Below, one piece after another: positions 28,870 through 42,598 of a DNA stretch of 64,000 nt. Both the position numbers and the translations under genes were made by a program. The notes under the pieces are model-generated. The model was not told the DNA's origin. It worked only from the letters and a program-made list of their open reading frames with translations, and did not search any database. The stretch's first letter is position 1; every line of letters begins with the position of its first letter. Source of the stretch: Eledone cirrhosa (Eukaryota); NCBI GenBank assembly GCA_964016885.1, contig OZ024746.1, positions 5,642,001-5,706,000 of the forward strand, written 5' to 3'.

Positions 28870-29080
28870 TATATCTATCTATCTATCTATCTAGGCCGGA
28901 TAAAATTCTCGAGATCCATGGGCGAGTTCTGTCCAGCGATCTCTGTCATAAACTGCCATGTCCTGCGTCGCCAAGATACCGGTGTGTGTGTACAATATCT
29001 ATATATTGCTTTGATGAATTCTTTGACAGGTTTTGGACAGTATTGGCATATATCATATCTTAAAGTACCACCAGGCTGTC
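28870..29080 (-). mobile_element. RTE-like LINE 3' end with (TAGA)n tail
   Basis: Homologous to 31453-31744 and 34322-34620. Confidence 0.8.
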
Positions 29081-29494
29081 ATAATATATATATATATATA
29101 TATGATGTTGATGATGGCTGCCCCCTCGTTATCGAGTATGGCCATTGCATGATATACCATTATTAATAATTATTAATTAATTCTATCGTGCAATGCATGT
29201 GCATGAAGATATTTTTTAAAGTGAGGAAATACTGTGCACTGAACAAATCCCACTCTCTGAGCGACACTAGCTATAACCCGAAAAGAAGAAAAGATCAATA
29301 TCATCGGTAACTACTGAACCGTAGGTTATCTATCAGAGTTATCCCAGTTTCCTGAGTTGCCTTCTCCTAGAAGAATGCCCTGACAAAGGCTAGGGGTCCT
29401 TCACTCCCAGTGGTTTAACCGTCGCATGGTCAGGTCGTCGGCGACTAAACCGGCAATCCCACCAAGTTTACTGTCCTACGCCATTTTGTTTCTC

Positions 29495-29810
29495 TGAGAA
29501 ACAAAATGGCGTAGGACAGAACAAAGGAGAGGCATAAAAACAAAGAAAAGAATCCCCAGTCACTGAGGAGGTCACAGAATGTGTTACGAAAGAACTTTGA
29601 CAATATATAAACAACTATCTGGTTGTGGAACCAACCAACCAACCAGAAATTTATAAATTCCTAAATTTATAAGTTTATTATAATAAATTGAAGTGAAACA
29701 TCTGGTGCGTGTGTTCCTTATTGGCAACATGACCCTCCCAAAGTATAACAATATCGGTTTCAACACACGATTTCAGATAAAGAATCTTGCTAAACAAATT
29801 CAGAAACGAA

Positions 29811-29812
<2 letters not shown>
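29495..29812. mobile_element. Family F element
   Basis: Near-exact inverted copy at 30488-30780, partial copy at 30860-30958, relative at 33215-33897. Confidence 0.85.
29558..29602 (+). ncRNA. Minimal hammerhead motif
   Basis: GTCA-CTGAGGA-GGTCACAGAATGTGTTAC-GAAA-GAAC-TT-TGAC. Confidence 0.75.
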
Positions 29813-29844
<32 letters not shown>

Positions 29845-29848
<4 letters not shown>

Positions 29849-30095
29849 TAGTGTATAAACGGGAAGTTATATCCAAAGTCGAAAGGATAAGTTCAGTATA
29901 GAGTTAATTCCTCAACAAATTAACTTGAGACACGTGTTTCACCTGAAGGATTATTCAACACGTGTATGGTTATAACGAGAATCATACACGGGTTGAATAA
30001 TCCTGCGGGTGAAACACGTGTCTTCATGTATGGTTTCTTAATTTGCTGTGGAACTAACCCCCCCACCCCCGCCGCCTCCCTAACGTTCTCTGAAT
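29845..30095. mobile_element. TA-flanked fold-back element with two hammerhead 3' halves
   Basis: AGACACGTGTTTCACC...GGTGAAACACGTGTCT hairpin at 29928-30023; GAAA-CACGTG-TC on both strands. Confidence 0.75.
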
Positions 30096-30322
30096 TATAT
30101 ATATATATATATATTTTTTTATATAGAAATGGCTAAGTAAAAGTAAATTAATAATATTAAATTATATTAAATTACTTTCACTCTGCTATGTATTGAGTTG
30201 CTTACTTACCTGTTGTTATCCCCGATTTAACCCGGGTTCTACATATATATATAGAGAGAAAGAGAGTGAGAGAGAAAGAGAGAAAGAGACAGAGAGAGAG
30301 AGAGAGAGAGAGCGCGAGAGAA

Positions 30323-30460
30323 AGGGTGAAGTTGGAAATAGCACGGAAAATATATTTAAGGGTCTGTTTCTCTTCTTTTATCCTTAAATATATATTCCGT
30401 GCTATTTCCAACTTAACCTTTTCTCTATATCCACTGTTTTGTATAGAACCTTACTTCCCT
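30323..30460. mobile_element. Small fold-back element between (GA)n and (TA)n
   Basis: AAGTTGGAAATAGCACGGAAAATATATTTAAGG / CCTTAAATATATATTCCGTGCTATTTCCAACTT. Confidence 0.7.
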
Positions 30461-30487
30461 TTCTAATATATATATATATATATATAT

Positions 30488-30953
30488 TTCGTTTCTGAAT
30501 TTGTTTAGCAAGATTCTTTATCTGAAATCGTGTGTTGAAACCGATATTGTTATACTTTGGGAGGGTCATGTTGCTTTCACTTCAATTTATTATATATTTA
30601 TAAATTTACAAATTTATAAATTTATAAATTTCTGGTTGGTTGGTTCCACAACCAGATAGTTGTTTATATATAGTCATAGTCCTTTCGTCACACACTCTGT
30701 GACCTCTTCAGTGACTGGGGATTCATTTCTTTGTTTCTGTGTCTCTCCTTTCTCTGTCCTACGCCATTTTGTTTCTGTGTGTGTGTTGTGTGCTCAGTTT
30801 GCGCATGCGCCACATCCGGGTGTCTGTGTGTGTTTATGTTCATTTATCTATTTGTTTATTTATAAATTTGTAAATTTATAAATATATAATAAATTGAAGT
30901 GAAAGCAACTGGTGCATGTGTTTCTTATTGGCAACATGACCCTCCCAAAGTAT

Positions 30954-30958
<5 letters not shown>
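30488..30958. mobile_element. Family F inverted copy plus fold-back arm
   Basis: Reverse complement of 29495-29812, followed by a re-inverted partial arm; TA-flanked. Confidence 0.85.
30672..30716 (-). ncRNA. Minimal hammerhead motif, intact core
   Basis: Minus strand: AGTCA-CTGAAGA-G-GTCACA-GAGTG-TGTGAC-GAAA-GGAC-TA-TGACT. Perfect stems I and II. Confidence 0.88.
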
Positions 30959-31047
<89 letters not shown>

Positions 31048-31440
31048 TAGAAAGTGAGGTTTTTTTACAAAATGAAAAATAACCGAGGTGTCCTACACGA
31101 ATGAAAGTATAAAGAAAAAAAGATGGAATCGAAAATGTGGAGTCTTCTTTTAAAAAATGTGGAGTCTTATTTAAAAAAATATATATATATTTATTTGGTT
31201 CCTTTACCGGTTTCGCAGTTCTTCTGCTTTTCAAAAGTAGAGTTGAGATGGAGGGTCTGTGGTTTTTCTCACATCTGTGGTTTTTCTCTCGTCTGTGGTT
31301 TTTCTCATATATTATGTGAGAAAAACCACAAACCCTCCATCTCAATTCTACTTTTGAAAAGCACAAGAACTGCGAACCAAATAAATATATTTAAAAAATA
31401 TGAATCCAGTTGCATTTTCGATTTCAACTTGTTTCCTAAT
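31048..31440. mobile_element. TA-flanked fold-back element with hammerhead 3' half
   Basis: Arms about 31212-31272 and 31315-31377. Minus strand GAAA-CCGG-TA at 31205-31214. Confidence 0.75.
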
Positions 31441-31452
31441 ATATATATATAT

Positions 31453-31743
31453 ATCTAGAGCGGATAAAATTCCCGAGATCCATTGACGAGTTCTCTCCAG
31501 CGGTCTCTGTCCCTCATTATTGCTGCCATGTCCTGCGTCTCCAACAGCCCAGTGTCTGTCCTTAGGGCATCAACATACATTAACCTTGGTCTTCCTCTTC
31601 CAGTGTGTCCATGTAGGGGCTCCCACAGGAGCACTGAGTGTAGTGATGTCAACTCTGGATGTCGGTGAGCATGTCCAGCTTACCTCAGTCTCCTCTGTGT
31701 CACTTTTGAGCTGACTTTTGGGAGGCTCCCATACAGCTCTGAG

Positions 31744-31744
<1 letters not shown>
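31453..31744 (-). mobile_element. RTE-like LINE 3' end
   Basis: VLLWEPLHGHTGRGRPRLMYVDALRTDTGL...MRDRDRWRELV (ORF 31455-31652). Confidence 0.9.
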
Positions 31745-31817
<73 letters not shown>

Positions 31818-32092
31818 CTCAGCTGAATATTTCAAATAATTTGTTCAATTTTGTTACCCGTAAAACTTCTTCTTTTGGTAATGGGAATAACAATATAAGA
31901 ACAGTCATTAGTTTGATAGAGTTTATAGTTGTAGGATTTGAAAGAAAATAGTTTCTTGCCTCGAGTATATTGGTAAGTTGATTGTCAAGATAGAAAACAT
32001 GTTTATTAATTAATAACTCCCGTGGGAGATGTATGCCAACATGAAGGAGTAAATATATGTACAAAGACCTAGATACTAGATATACAGCTGGA

Positions 32093-32171
<79 letters not shown>

Positions 32172-32479
32172 TTGTGTTTGTGTGTGTGAGTGTGAGTATT
32201 TCGTTGGTGGTATATATATATATAATTATTATATATATTTATTATTATATATATTTATTATATATATAAAGCGAAAGAGTCAGAAAGGGTAATGATAAAT
32301 ACACAAATACATGTGCAGGCAGACAGGCGGGTGGATAGATGGATAGATATAGAAAGATACAAGCTGATCGATTAAGGGAATTCACTAAGTTTACTGATAA
32401 GGCCTGAAATATGCATGAGAAATATATTAATGCTCGCAGGGTCTCGCATACACATGAGTGTCCCCATTACCATCACTCT

Positions 32480-33215
<736 letters not shown>

Positions 33216-33473
33216 CGGCGATGAATTAGTTTTGCGAGGTTTTTTATATGAAATCGTGTGTCGAAACAGATATTGTTATATTTGGGGAGGGTCATATTTG
33301 CGTAATATTGCCAGAATTAATAACAGAACACACTCACTGTTTGGTTGGTTTTCGCTTCTCGCTGTCTTTTATATATATATATCTGCGATCTAGCTTACTC
33401 GGTCCTCAATGTTGCCATTGACTGACATTGATAATACAGATACAATATAGACAAACACATATATATATAGTTT

Positions 33474-33516
33474 ACATAAATCTTTCGTTGCACATCTGCA
33501 ACATCGTCAGTGGTGT
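33474..33516 (-). ncRNA. Minimal hammerhead motif (weak stem I)
   Basis: Reverse complement of 33643-33685. Confidence 0.65.
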
Positions 33517-33642
33517 TATATTCATTGTTCCTCCTGTTGTGTTGTATGTCTACGCCATTTTTTTTTGTTCAGTCTGTCTATATATTTATTTATTTATTTG
33601 CTTGTTTGTTTATCTTATTTTATTTTATTTTATATGAATATA

Positions 33643-33685
33643 ACACCACTGACGATGTTGCAGATGTGCAACGAAAGATTTATGT
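33643..33685 (+). ncRNA. Minimal hammerhead motif (weak stem I)
   Basis: CA-CTGACGA-T-GTTGCA-GATG-TGCAAC-GAAA-GATT-TA-TG; same position in the element as the family F motif. Confidence 0.65.
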
Positions 33686-33889
33686 AAACTATATATATAT
33701 GTGTTTGTCTATATTGTATCTGTATTATTTTTGACCGCCGGTCAGTCAATGGCAACATTGAGGACCGAGTAAGCTAGATCGCAGATATATATATATAAAA
33801 GACAGCGAGAAGCGAAAACCAACCAAACAGTGAGTGTGTTCTGTTATTAATTCTGGCAATATTACGCAAATATGACCCTCCCCAAATAT

Positions 33890-33935
<46 letters not shown>

Positions 33936-34029
33936 GTATATATATATATATGTATATATATATGTATATATATATAAATATATAGTGACGAAACATAAGT
34001 CAATTGCATGAGCTCATAATCCTTTATTT

Positions 34030-34085
34030 ACTGCTATATATATTTCGATGATAGACATTGAATCGCTATGACCTCATCAGGCAGT
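34030..34085 (-). ncRNA. Type I hammerhead motif, intact core
   Basis: Minus strand: ACTGC-CTGATGA-GGTCATAG...CTATCATC-GAAA-TATATA-TA-GCAGT. Lies in TA-flanked segment 33985-34250. Confidence 0.88.
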
Positions 34086-34245
34086 CAGTCAGTTCTTAGA
34101 TATGCCAGCTCTGTGATTTTGGTGTTGATAGTTTCAGAGTCTTGGGACATATGAGCCTGTTAGGGATAATTTAATGTAGTCAGCAGGAATAATCTTAATT
34201 CTGATTGGTCAGTTTGTAGATGCTAGTAGGGTTGGTATTTGACCG

Positions 34246-34310
<65 letters not shown>

Positions 34311-34321
34311 TATATATATGT

Positions 34322-34620
34322 ATCCATCTATCTAGGGTGGGTAAAATTCCCGAGATTCATGGACGAATTCTACCCAGCGGTCTCTGTCACTCATTATCGC
34401 TGCCATGTCCTACGTCTCCAAGAGACCAGTGTCTGTCCTTAGGGTATCAACATATGTCAACCTCGGTCTTCCTCTTCTAGTGTGTCCGTGCAGGGGCTCT
34501 CACAGGAGCACTGAGTGTAGTGATGTCGGTGAGCATGTCCAGCTAACCTCAGTCTCATCTGTGCTACTTTTGAGCTGACTTTTGGTAGGCTCCCGTACAG
34601 CTCTGAGTCTTTCATCCTCA
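34322..34620 (-). mobile_element. RTE-like LINE 3' end
   Basis: Close paralogue of 31453-31744. Confidence 0.88.
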
Positions 34621-34623
34621 GTG

Positions 34624-34683
<60 letters not shown>

Positions 34684-34813
34684 CAAAAGTTCTATTTAAA
34701 ATTGTTGGGATACAACAAGTAAATATTTTTATAACTGATATAAAGCACTCGACAAGTTATTGGAGTAGATATACGATATTAATAAATGGAAACTATATTT
34801 ATAAAACCATATT

Positions 34814-34878
34814 TATTTCATTATACATATTTCAGGGATACCAAATTAAATTATGGTATGCCTTCATCAAACAAAATA
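34814..34878 (-). ncRNA. Hammerhead motif (C3 to U)
   Basis: Inverted copy of 35538-35602 with core TTGATGA. Confidence 0.8.
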
Positions 34879-34984
34879 CAATATATAACAGTTTTACAAA
34901 TAGCTTTGACATACCCTTTTAAAATGCAACCATTATTTTTGGAAGCCGTCTGGATAGTGATTTGTTTATATTATTTTAATAAGT

Positions 34985-35163
34985 GGATTGGCAGTGTCGG
35001 TAGAGGGTCGGACGCAATGCTTTCCAGCATAGTTACGTCCCTTTACGATCTGAGTTCAAATCCCGCCGAGGTTGACTTTGCCTTTCATCCTTACGGGGTC
35101 GATAAAATAAAGTACCAGTAATGCACTGGGTATTTGCTGGCCTTGTGCCTAAATTAGAAACAA
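34985..35163 (+). mobile_element. SINE S1 inserted in one arm of family H
   Basis: S1 consensus; TSD TTATTTTAATAAGT; absent from the other arm. Confidence 0.93.
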
Positions 35164-35537
35164 TTATTTTAATAAGTCATAGTGTTAAGCACAATATGAC
35201 ATGACGTAAAGTTTTCACTATCTCCCCTCTCTCTATATAGTATTTCTCTCTCTTGAGTTTTTCTATCTGTATGATGACTTGATATCTCTCTGTTGCTTTC
35301 CTTTGTTTTTCTTATTTCTTCCTTTTTTCTTTCTTTTTTTATTTCCTTTTCTCCATACATTTCTCTCGCTGATATTTCTCCAGGTTTTCTTTCTCTCTCT
35401 CCGTCTTTTTCTAATTGTGCTTAACACTATGACTTATTAAAATAATATAAACAAATCACTATCCAGACAGCTTCCAAAAATAATGGTTGCATTTTAAAAG
35501 GGTACGTCAAAGCTATTTGTAAAACTGTTATATATTG

Positions 35538-35602
35538 TATTTTGTCTGATGAAGGCATACCATAATTTAATTTGGTATCCCTGAAATATGTATAATGAAA
35601 TA
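35538..35602 (+). ncRNA. Type I hammerhead motif, intact core
   Basis: TATTTTGT-CTGATGA-AGGCATACCA...TGGTATCCCT-GAAA-TATGTA-TA-ATGAAATA. Confidence 0.88.
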
Positions 35603-35641
35603 AATATGGTTTTATAAATATAGTTTCCATTTATTAATATC

Positions 35642-35679
<38 letters not shown>

Positions 35680-35681
<2 letters not shown>

Positions 35682-36108
35682 TTATTAAAATAACAGATTA
35701 AAGTTTAAGCAAAGAATCGCTGCTTTCACCCTTAACGGGATCTTATGAAACTATCAAAGTCAATCTGTGAACGCAGAAGTGAATATTTCAAAAAACGTTG
35801 CAACCGGAGGGCAGAAACAACATCTGAATATTTCTACAAAGAACATACCCGTACCAAGCAGGAAAACATACCTATCGTCTTCCTGTCTTCCTCCGGTTGC
35901 AGCGTTTTTTGAAATATTCACTTCTGCGTTCACAGATTGACTTTGGTAGTTTCAGAAGATCCGTTAAGAGTGAAAGCACCGATTCTTTGCTTAAACTTTA
36001 ATCTGTTATTTCAATAAATATTTGCTCTACGGTTCTTATATATTTGATATATATTTATCCTTAACGAGCCCTCTTTGGATTTTAGTCTTCAAATTTATTA
36101 TTATTACT
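35680..36108. mobile_element. Family C fold-back element
   Basis: Inverted arms of about 130 bp (35680-35810 and 35890-36020); tail recurs at 47706-47746 and 53230-53290. Confidence 0.88.
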
Positions 36109-36170
36109 ATATATATATATATCTGAAGTTCCCCTTATTTACCACAGCGTCATCAGATTAAAACCTTAGT

Positions 36171-36224
36171 TCTTGCCTGATGACTCTGTAATAAATACAC
36201 AGGTGAAACTCCACAGTAACAAGA
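36171..36224 (+). ncRNA. Type I hammerhead motif, intact core
   Basis: TCTTGC-CTGATGA-CTCTGT...ACAGGT-GAAA-CT-CCAC-AG-TA-ACAAGA. A second CTGATGA lies on the minus strand at 36150-36156; element 36122-36304 is TA-flanked. Confidence 0.78.
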
Positions 36225-36304
36225 CTCACTCTTTTGCCTTATTAAAATTAATATTATAACTCTATTTCGGTATTGAGTACTCTTTTCTCTCAGCCGTCAA
36301 TCAC

Positions 36305-36390
<86 letters not shown>

Positions 36391-36495
36391 GTGTGTGTGT
36401 GTATGATACTGAAGAAATAGAAAGATGTATAATAGTAAAAGTCGTGGAAACTATCAACACAATTTATAAGCAGATAATTTTTTTTAAATATATAC

Positions 36496-36526
<31 letters not shown>

Positions 36527-39500
36527 GATGGGAATTTTTGAACCCATGTTATTTGATAATTGATATCATTGTCCAACCAATAGATTCCACACAATTATCT
36601 TATCGTTTAAGAATGTCTATTTTGTAAAATGTAGATATTATTATTATATGTCATGAATATATTAATGAATATTATATTAAATGTTTCGCCAAGGAGACTC
36701 TGCTGACGATCCTATTAAACGACTCTGAGACTGAATAAATTAGCCTCAATATAGATAATCTGGCGGCATGTGTGCAACAGAATAATGAACATCAATAAAA
36801 TAGGAGGTTGTGTAAATCCGGGCGAGAGTTTATAATTACCGTCTTACTAGCTCCCAACAAGATTTCGACTCAAAATGCAAAGAGTTGGAGAAATAATTCA
36901 ATACCTCTCGCTCCAAGAACGTACAATTCCGCCATGGACTGTTATTTTACTGTTATCGACCCGAAATGAAAAAGCGAAAATAATTGTCCTTGATAAGATT
37001 TTAAAATTAATATAGCAAACTTTGATAATAAAATGCAGAGCTTATTATCATTTAAGTGCTAATCTGATGTTCAAAGTAAAGTAACATTAGACATTACATT
37101 CTACATTTTCAGAGAGAAATGAGATACAGACCAACTGACACTTTCCATCGCTTGCTCAGCGTCCATCTTATTGTATTTCTTTAATGAATGGAATCTTTAT
37201 ATTTTGAATGACTTTCTTAAATGTCAAATAATTATTTTAAATTTCTTCCTCCAGCTATGACACTATACGTATTATTATGAAATCATATAACATAATCATA
37301 ATCACTACTATCAATTGCATAAACAGTAGCAGCAGTACTAAAATAAAGGAACATAATGACATCTTAATTTCTAATTTAGTTATCACCTAAGAGAATATTC
37401 GTTATGTTGTGGTTCCATCTCTTTATATGAAATGCATTCAATTCATATGCTCATTGTATGACAGTTGTTCGTGTCAGAATTGGTATTGTGAGATATTTCA
37501 AAACGACACGCCCCGAATACACCTTAAAGAGTGTTAGGTTCCACATAAACATTTAAGCACATGTCTATTCTAAGAATTGCAATAATATATAATTAAATTT
37601 TGACGAATAATAATAATGATAATAATAATATATTTATTCATACACTCTTTGTGTATAGTATTTTGCGTTGTATGCCTAACGGTATATATGTCTATAGTAT
37701 TTTGTAGTGTATGCCTAAAGGTAAATATGTCTATAGTATATCCCTTAAATGTTTCAAAGTATTGCATGGACACCTATAGAAATATATGAAATATAAATAT
37801 TGTGGATCTTTTAATGACAATATTTGAATTTAAAGAAAAACTGAGTTAGCCGTACCTTAGAATTGGTTAAAGAAAGAAATTCGCATTCATACAAACATGT
37901 AAACATTTTTATTTGTATTTAAAAAAGAAAATAATTTCAAAACTTTGAATCAGAAGATATCAAATGTATATTCATAAACAGCAAGTGAAAATGTTATTTA
38001 TATTACGAACGAAATGTAATTTATAGCAACATTTAAATGAATATTACCTTTCTTGTAGAAGCTAAATTAGACGGAAAAACGTGGCTAATAGCAGCTACGA
38101 AGACTCGAAATCCATGTCCCCCTAACCCCACCTGTGTTCTCTAACAATTGTGTTAAACGACGTCTGAAAAGAACTCCTGTCTGAAATTAAAACTAAATTA
38201 ACAGCTTTTTGGATATGAACATAGTGTTGGGTTGAAAATACAGAAGATAACTGTAAACACTATCGATTGTTATAAATATCTTAGAAAATTCGAGTAAAAT
38301 ACTCATATAGACGAAAACGTCCTAAATATTATATATATGCTTTTACCGATGTATCTTTTACGAGTTTAGAATCCGATAGTCTTATCTACTAGATGTTGTG
38401 TTGCTTGTTGGCTTTGTTCTCTGAGTGTAACATTATAGGGCATTCGATAATTGCTTTTCGTTTGTTTTGGGTGTGTCTGCTTTCGGATTTGCATATTTTA
38501 CGGTCTTACTTGCTTGTCTGTACATATATATACAAACAAGTAAGTTGCCGAAACAACCAAATTCTTCATTAGGCTTCCTAGTTTAATTTTCATTCTTTTC
38601 TGTCCGTGAAAATGGCAACAAATAACAACTGCAAAGCCATCGATTCATTTCTTTGAACTGTGTTAGAATTGAAACCGAAGGCGACGTTTTGGCAACGTTG
38701 CCGTGCATATGATCAATGTTCTAGAAAGCAACAAACACAATACCGATATGACACTTAGAAACATAGCAGCTGTCAATAATTCTGGGTAAATATTGATTGA
38801 AAATGGGAAGAAAATAACCATTAATTTAATAACATAAATAAAATAAATTTTAGCATAATCAAATTACATGTAATTCTTCTTGGCATCAGAATCGCACCAT
38901 ACTTCATTCCATGTTAAATGTTCATTCAAGTGGGCTATTCTTGGTATCTCAAATTGACCATTTTGCATATATTCAATGAATCCATGAGACGGGCAATTTA
39001 ATCAGTCTATTCAAATTTGAATTTAAGTGAATACATTAATGTAGTTTCCTTTTTCTCTTACTTCTCCTTTAGTTTACTTCAGTTTTATGATTTCCTTTGT
39101 TCTATGGCGTATTGGAATTCAGATTAGAAATATGTATATATTTAGCTGTTAACTGACACCCTTTTCTAAATTTACACTTAATTATTGTTCACTTTTTTTC
39201 ATATTTGTGAGGGTTATCAGTTTGAAATAAATTATCATATTTTGCCTGAAAGTGGGAGAATGCCGATATCTGATTGTATAGAATTGGAAAGGCGTGAAAA
39301 ACATTACGACGTCAGAATAAATTTAAAATTAGTGATATTTTGCTGTTGTTTTGAAACTATCATACAATGGAATAATTTGTTAGTCAATTATATTTCAATT
39401 TTAGTCATATTAAAGTTTACTTCACAGGGCATATACAGAGTTTACGGCGTGTATATCATTATTGCTAGGAAATGTGTACAAGCGAATCCAACGATCCTAT

Positions 39501-41399
39501 TTACACTGACGTGTTCGTGTTCATATCAATATTTTGTTAGTTATTGAGTATGATATAGGGAGCAATAAACAGAAAGTTCATAACGAAAATACAGTTAGTA
39601 AGGTAAAGAAGTATCTCTTAGATATTATCTTCTAGCCCTGATCACTGTGTTAAATCATGTAGATATGCGTGCACGTTTGTGTATGTGGGTTTGTAGCCGA
39701 CCAGAGACTTATAAGCTGTTTGTGTATTAATACAATGTGAAATATTTTGTTTGTTCTCTATTCTAGTTACCATGAGAATATATGAAATTTGTTAAGTGAT
39801 ACTTGAAATTGAATATCTTACTTGTTGTTTGAAGTCTTAAGATAATACAACAAATCTTTAGATTTCTATGATTTATTGTCTTTTATGGATGAAATTATTT
39901 ACAAACGTCAAAGAGCATTCTTCAATTTCACATTTTAAACCTATTTCAATATTTATAAAAAATTGTTGGAGATATATTTCTATCGTGAATATCTCTGAAT
40001 GATACAAAGATTCAGCTGTTTGTTACTTTTAGTTTTTATAAGTAGTTTCAGCAAATACCGAGATCTGCAATTATAATATGATGTTATTGTACTTTATACA
40101 ATAGAAACCTATTTTGGAGTTCAAACGAAAGTGTTACTTGGCCTATTCTTGTCTGTTTTGATATTATAAAATAATAATAATACAATCTATATTTTATATT
40201 ATTATGATATATGTGTTTAACATTAGTAAACCTGAATGAATCATTTGAGAAGTATGCCTGACTAAAATCCATCAGACTTCACATTTTAAATTTAAATCAT
40301 ATTTTCCTGTGATAAGTAAAAACAATATTAGTAGTATATTTGGATGACTGAGGTTGGCAATAGCTTTCTTTATCCTAAAGAAATAGTATTGTATCCAAGA
40401 AATAAAGAAATATCTTACATATTTGAAAATATATCAGATTTTACTACATGTAAAACGAAATACCATTTTGTAATTTGACACAGATTTCTCCTATTGGTCT
40501 TCTGTATTGATAGAAATTCAAGACCTAAATATAAAGAAATAAGATAGAATCTTTATGAAATAAACGAAAAATATAGGAAAGCTGGCATTGTTGTTGTTCC
40601 CTCACCGCTATTGGTTACGTACAAACAAACAATATCGCAAAGTGAAAGTTTTAATATTTTTATATATTTTCCTTTATTTCCTCTCTCACTGAAGGGCATT
40701 CCTGTGCAGATACATTGTTAAATGGTGTATACATTAACAATAGTATAATATTTACGAAATAATCTTTCACTTCAAAGCTAATTGATCATATATATATAAT
40801 AATATTTTCTTTCTTTGGACCAGTCTTTTTTTCCTGCCACACAATATTTCTCCTCTTTGATGGCATCCCTATATTTTTCTATTCCAGTGAATGAATACAA
40901 CTCGTTAGGAAATTGTTACATTCAACCATGTTTAAACTTCGTCGGACGAGATACTTTTTACAAATGCATCAATCATTACAAGCTGTCATTACTTTCTATT
41001 TAAATCAATTCTACATATATTTACTTCCATTCACATTCACTTGCTATATTTCTTTATTTCAAATTGCAGTAAAGTGTGCTGAAAATTTCAACTTGTTAAT
41101 GTTTTTGTAATCTTCAAAGTAGATTAATGGAGTTGTGGTGCCAAAATAAATTTCAAGTCTTATTTGATTTTGATTTTTGTTTTAACACAAAACTAGCTTC
41201 GGGTAGTTTACAGATTACACAACAACTATGGTTTGATTGATAACTGGTCTCTACTTAAATTAACGTAATCATAACCAGATGTTCGAGCATTAAAAAACGT
41301 TCACGACTGGGTCTCGGAGAGAGTTAGAATTCCTAGTTTACCCAATTGACTTCACTAACTGTATATATTTCAATTTGAGGTAAATAAGCGTCAATAAAG

Positions 41400-41556
<157 letters not shown>

Positions 41557-41656
41557 CAGTAGTATTCCAAACGTCCTTTTAAGTAATGTGAGTTATTTTT
41601 GTTTGTAAATTACACGGATTCTGAAACGTAATATCAACTACTCAGCAACGAAAGTA

Positions 41657-41864
<208 letters not shown>

Positions 41865-42248
41865 GTGTGTCCGTGTCTATGTGTGTGTGTAAAAACATGT
41901 GTAAGTCAACAGGTTAAAATTAACTTCGTTTATTCATATTCGCTGTTATATATATTTTGTGGATATACCTTATGTAACAGCTATGACCTCATGAGACAGC
42001 TAAACAAATTACATATATGTATGTATATCTTCTTCTCCCACTTATTCCTGGGAGGGTCGGAGAGGTAGAATCCTCAACCATGTCATCCACCACATAATGA
42101 ATTTCATAACAAATGTCCAAAATTGGTAGAGCACTCATTCCTTTGGACGATTTGTGTTATATCAAGATATTTGTTTTAACAAGAACAGTACATTTTTCGA
42201 ATACCGTTGACGTAATAAAAAATAATATTCATATATATATATATATAT

Positions 42249-42540
<292 letters not shown>

Positions 42541-42541
42541 A

Positions 42542-42598
<57 letters not shown>

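Larger units (their letters stand above)
33215..33897. mobile_element. Family F-related palindromic element
   Basis: Near-perfect inverted arms of about 255 bp (33271-33525 and 33635-33897). Shares GAAATCGTGTGT(C/T)GAAAC..ATATTGTTATA..TTGGGAGGGTCAT with family F. Confidence 0.88.
34681..35645. mobile_element. Family H large inverted-repeat element
   Basis: Arms 34769-35195 (split by a SINE) and 35414-35645. The duplicate METIFIKP ORFs on opposite strands reflect this. Confidence 0.88.

Noticed and set aside
29330-29470. Possible HDV-like ribozyme in an RTE 5' UTR-like segment (CTAGGAGAAGGCAACTC, minus strand)
   Set aside because: The nested double pseudoknot could not be built by eye.
34786-35630. 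Duplicated ORF METIFIKPYLFHY on both strands
   Set aside because: It results from the inverted repeat and is antisense to the hammerheads; the longer version runs into a SINE.
35780-35925. Hammerhead in family C (GAAATATTCAC)
   Set aside because: The fold-back layout fits, but no CUGANGA or stem I partner was found in any copy here.
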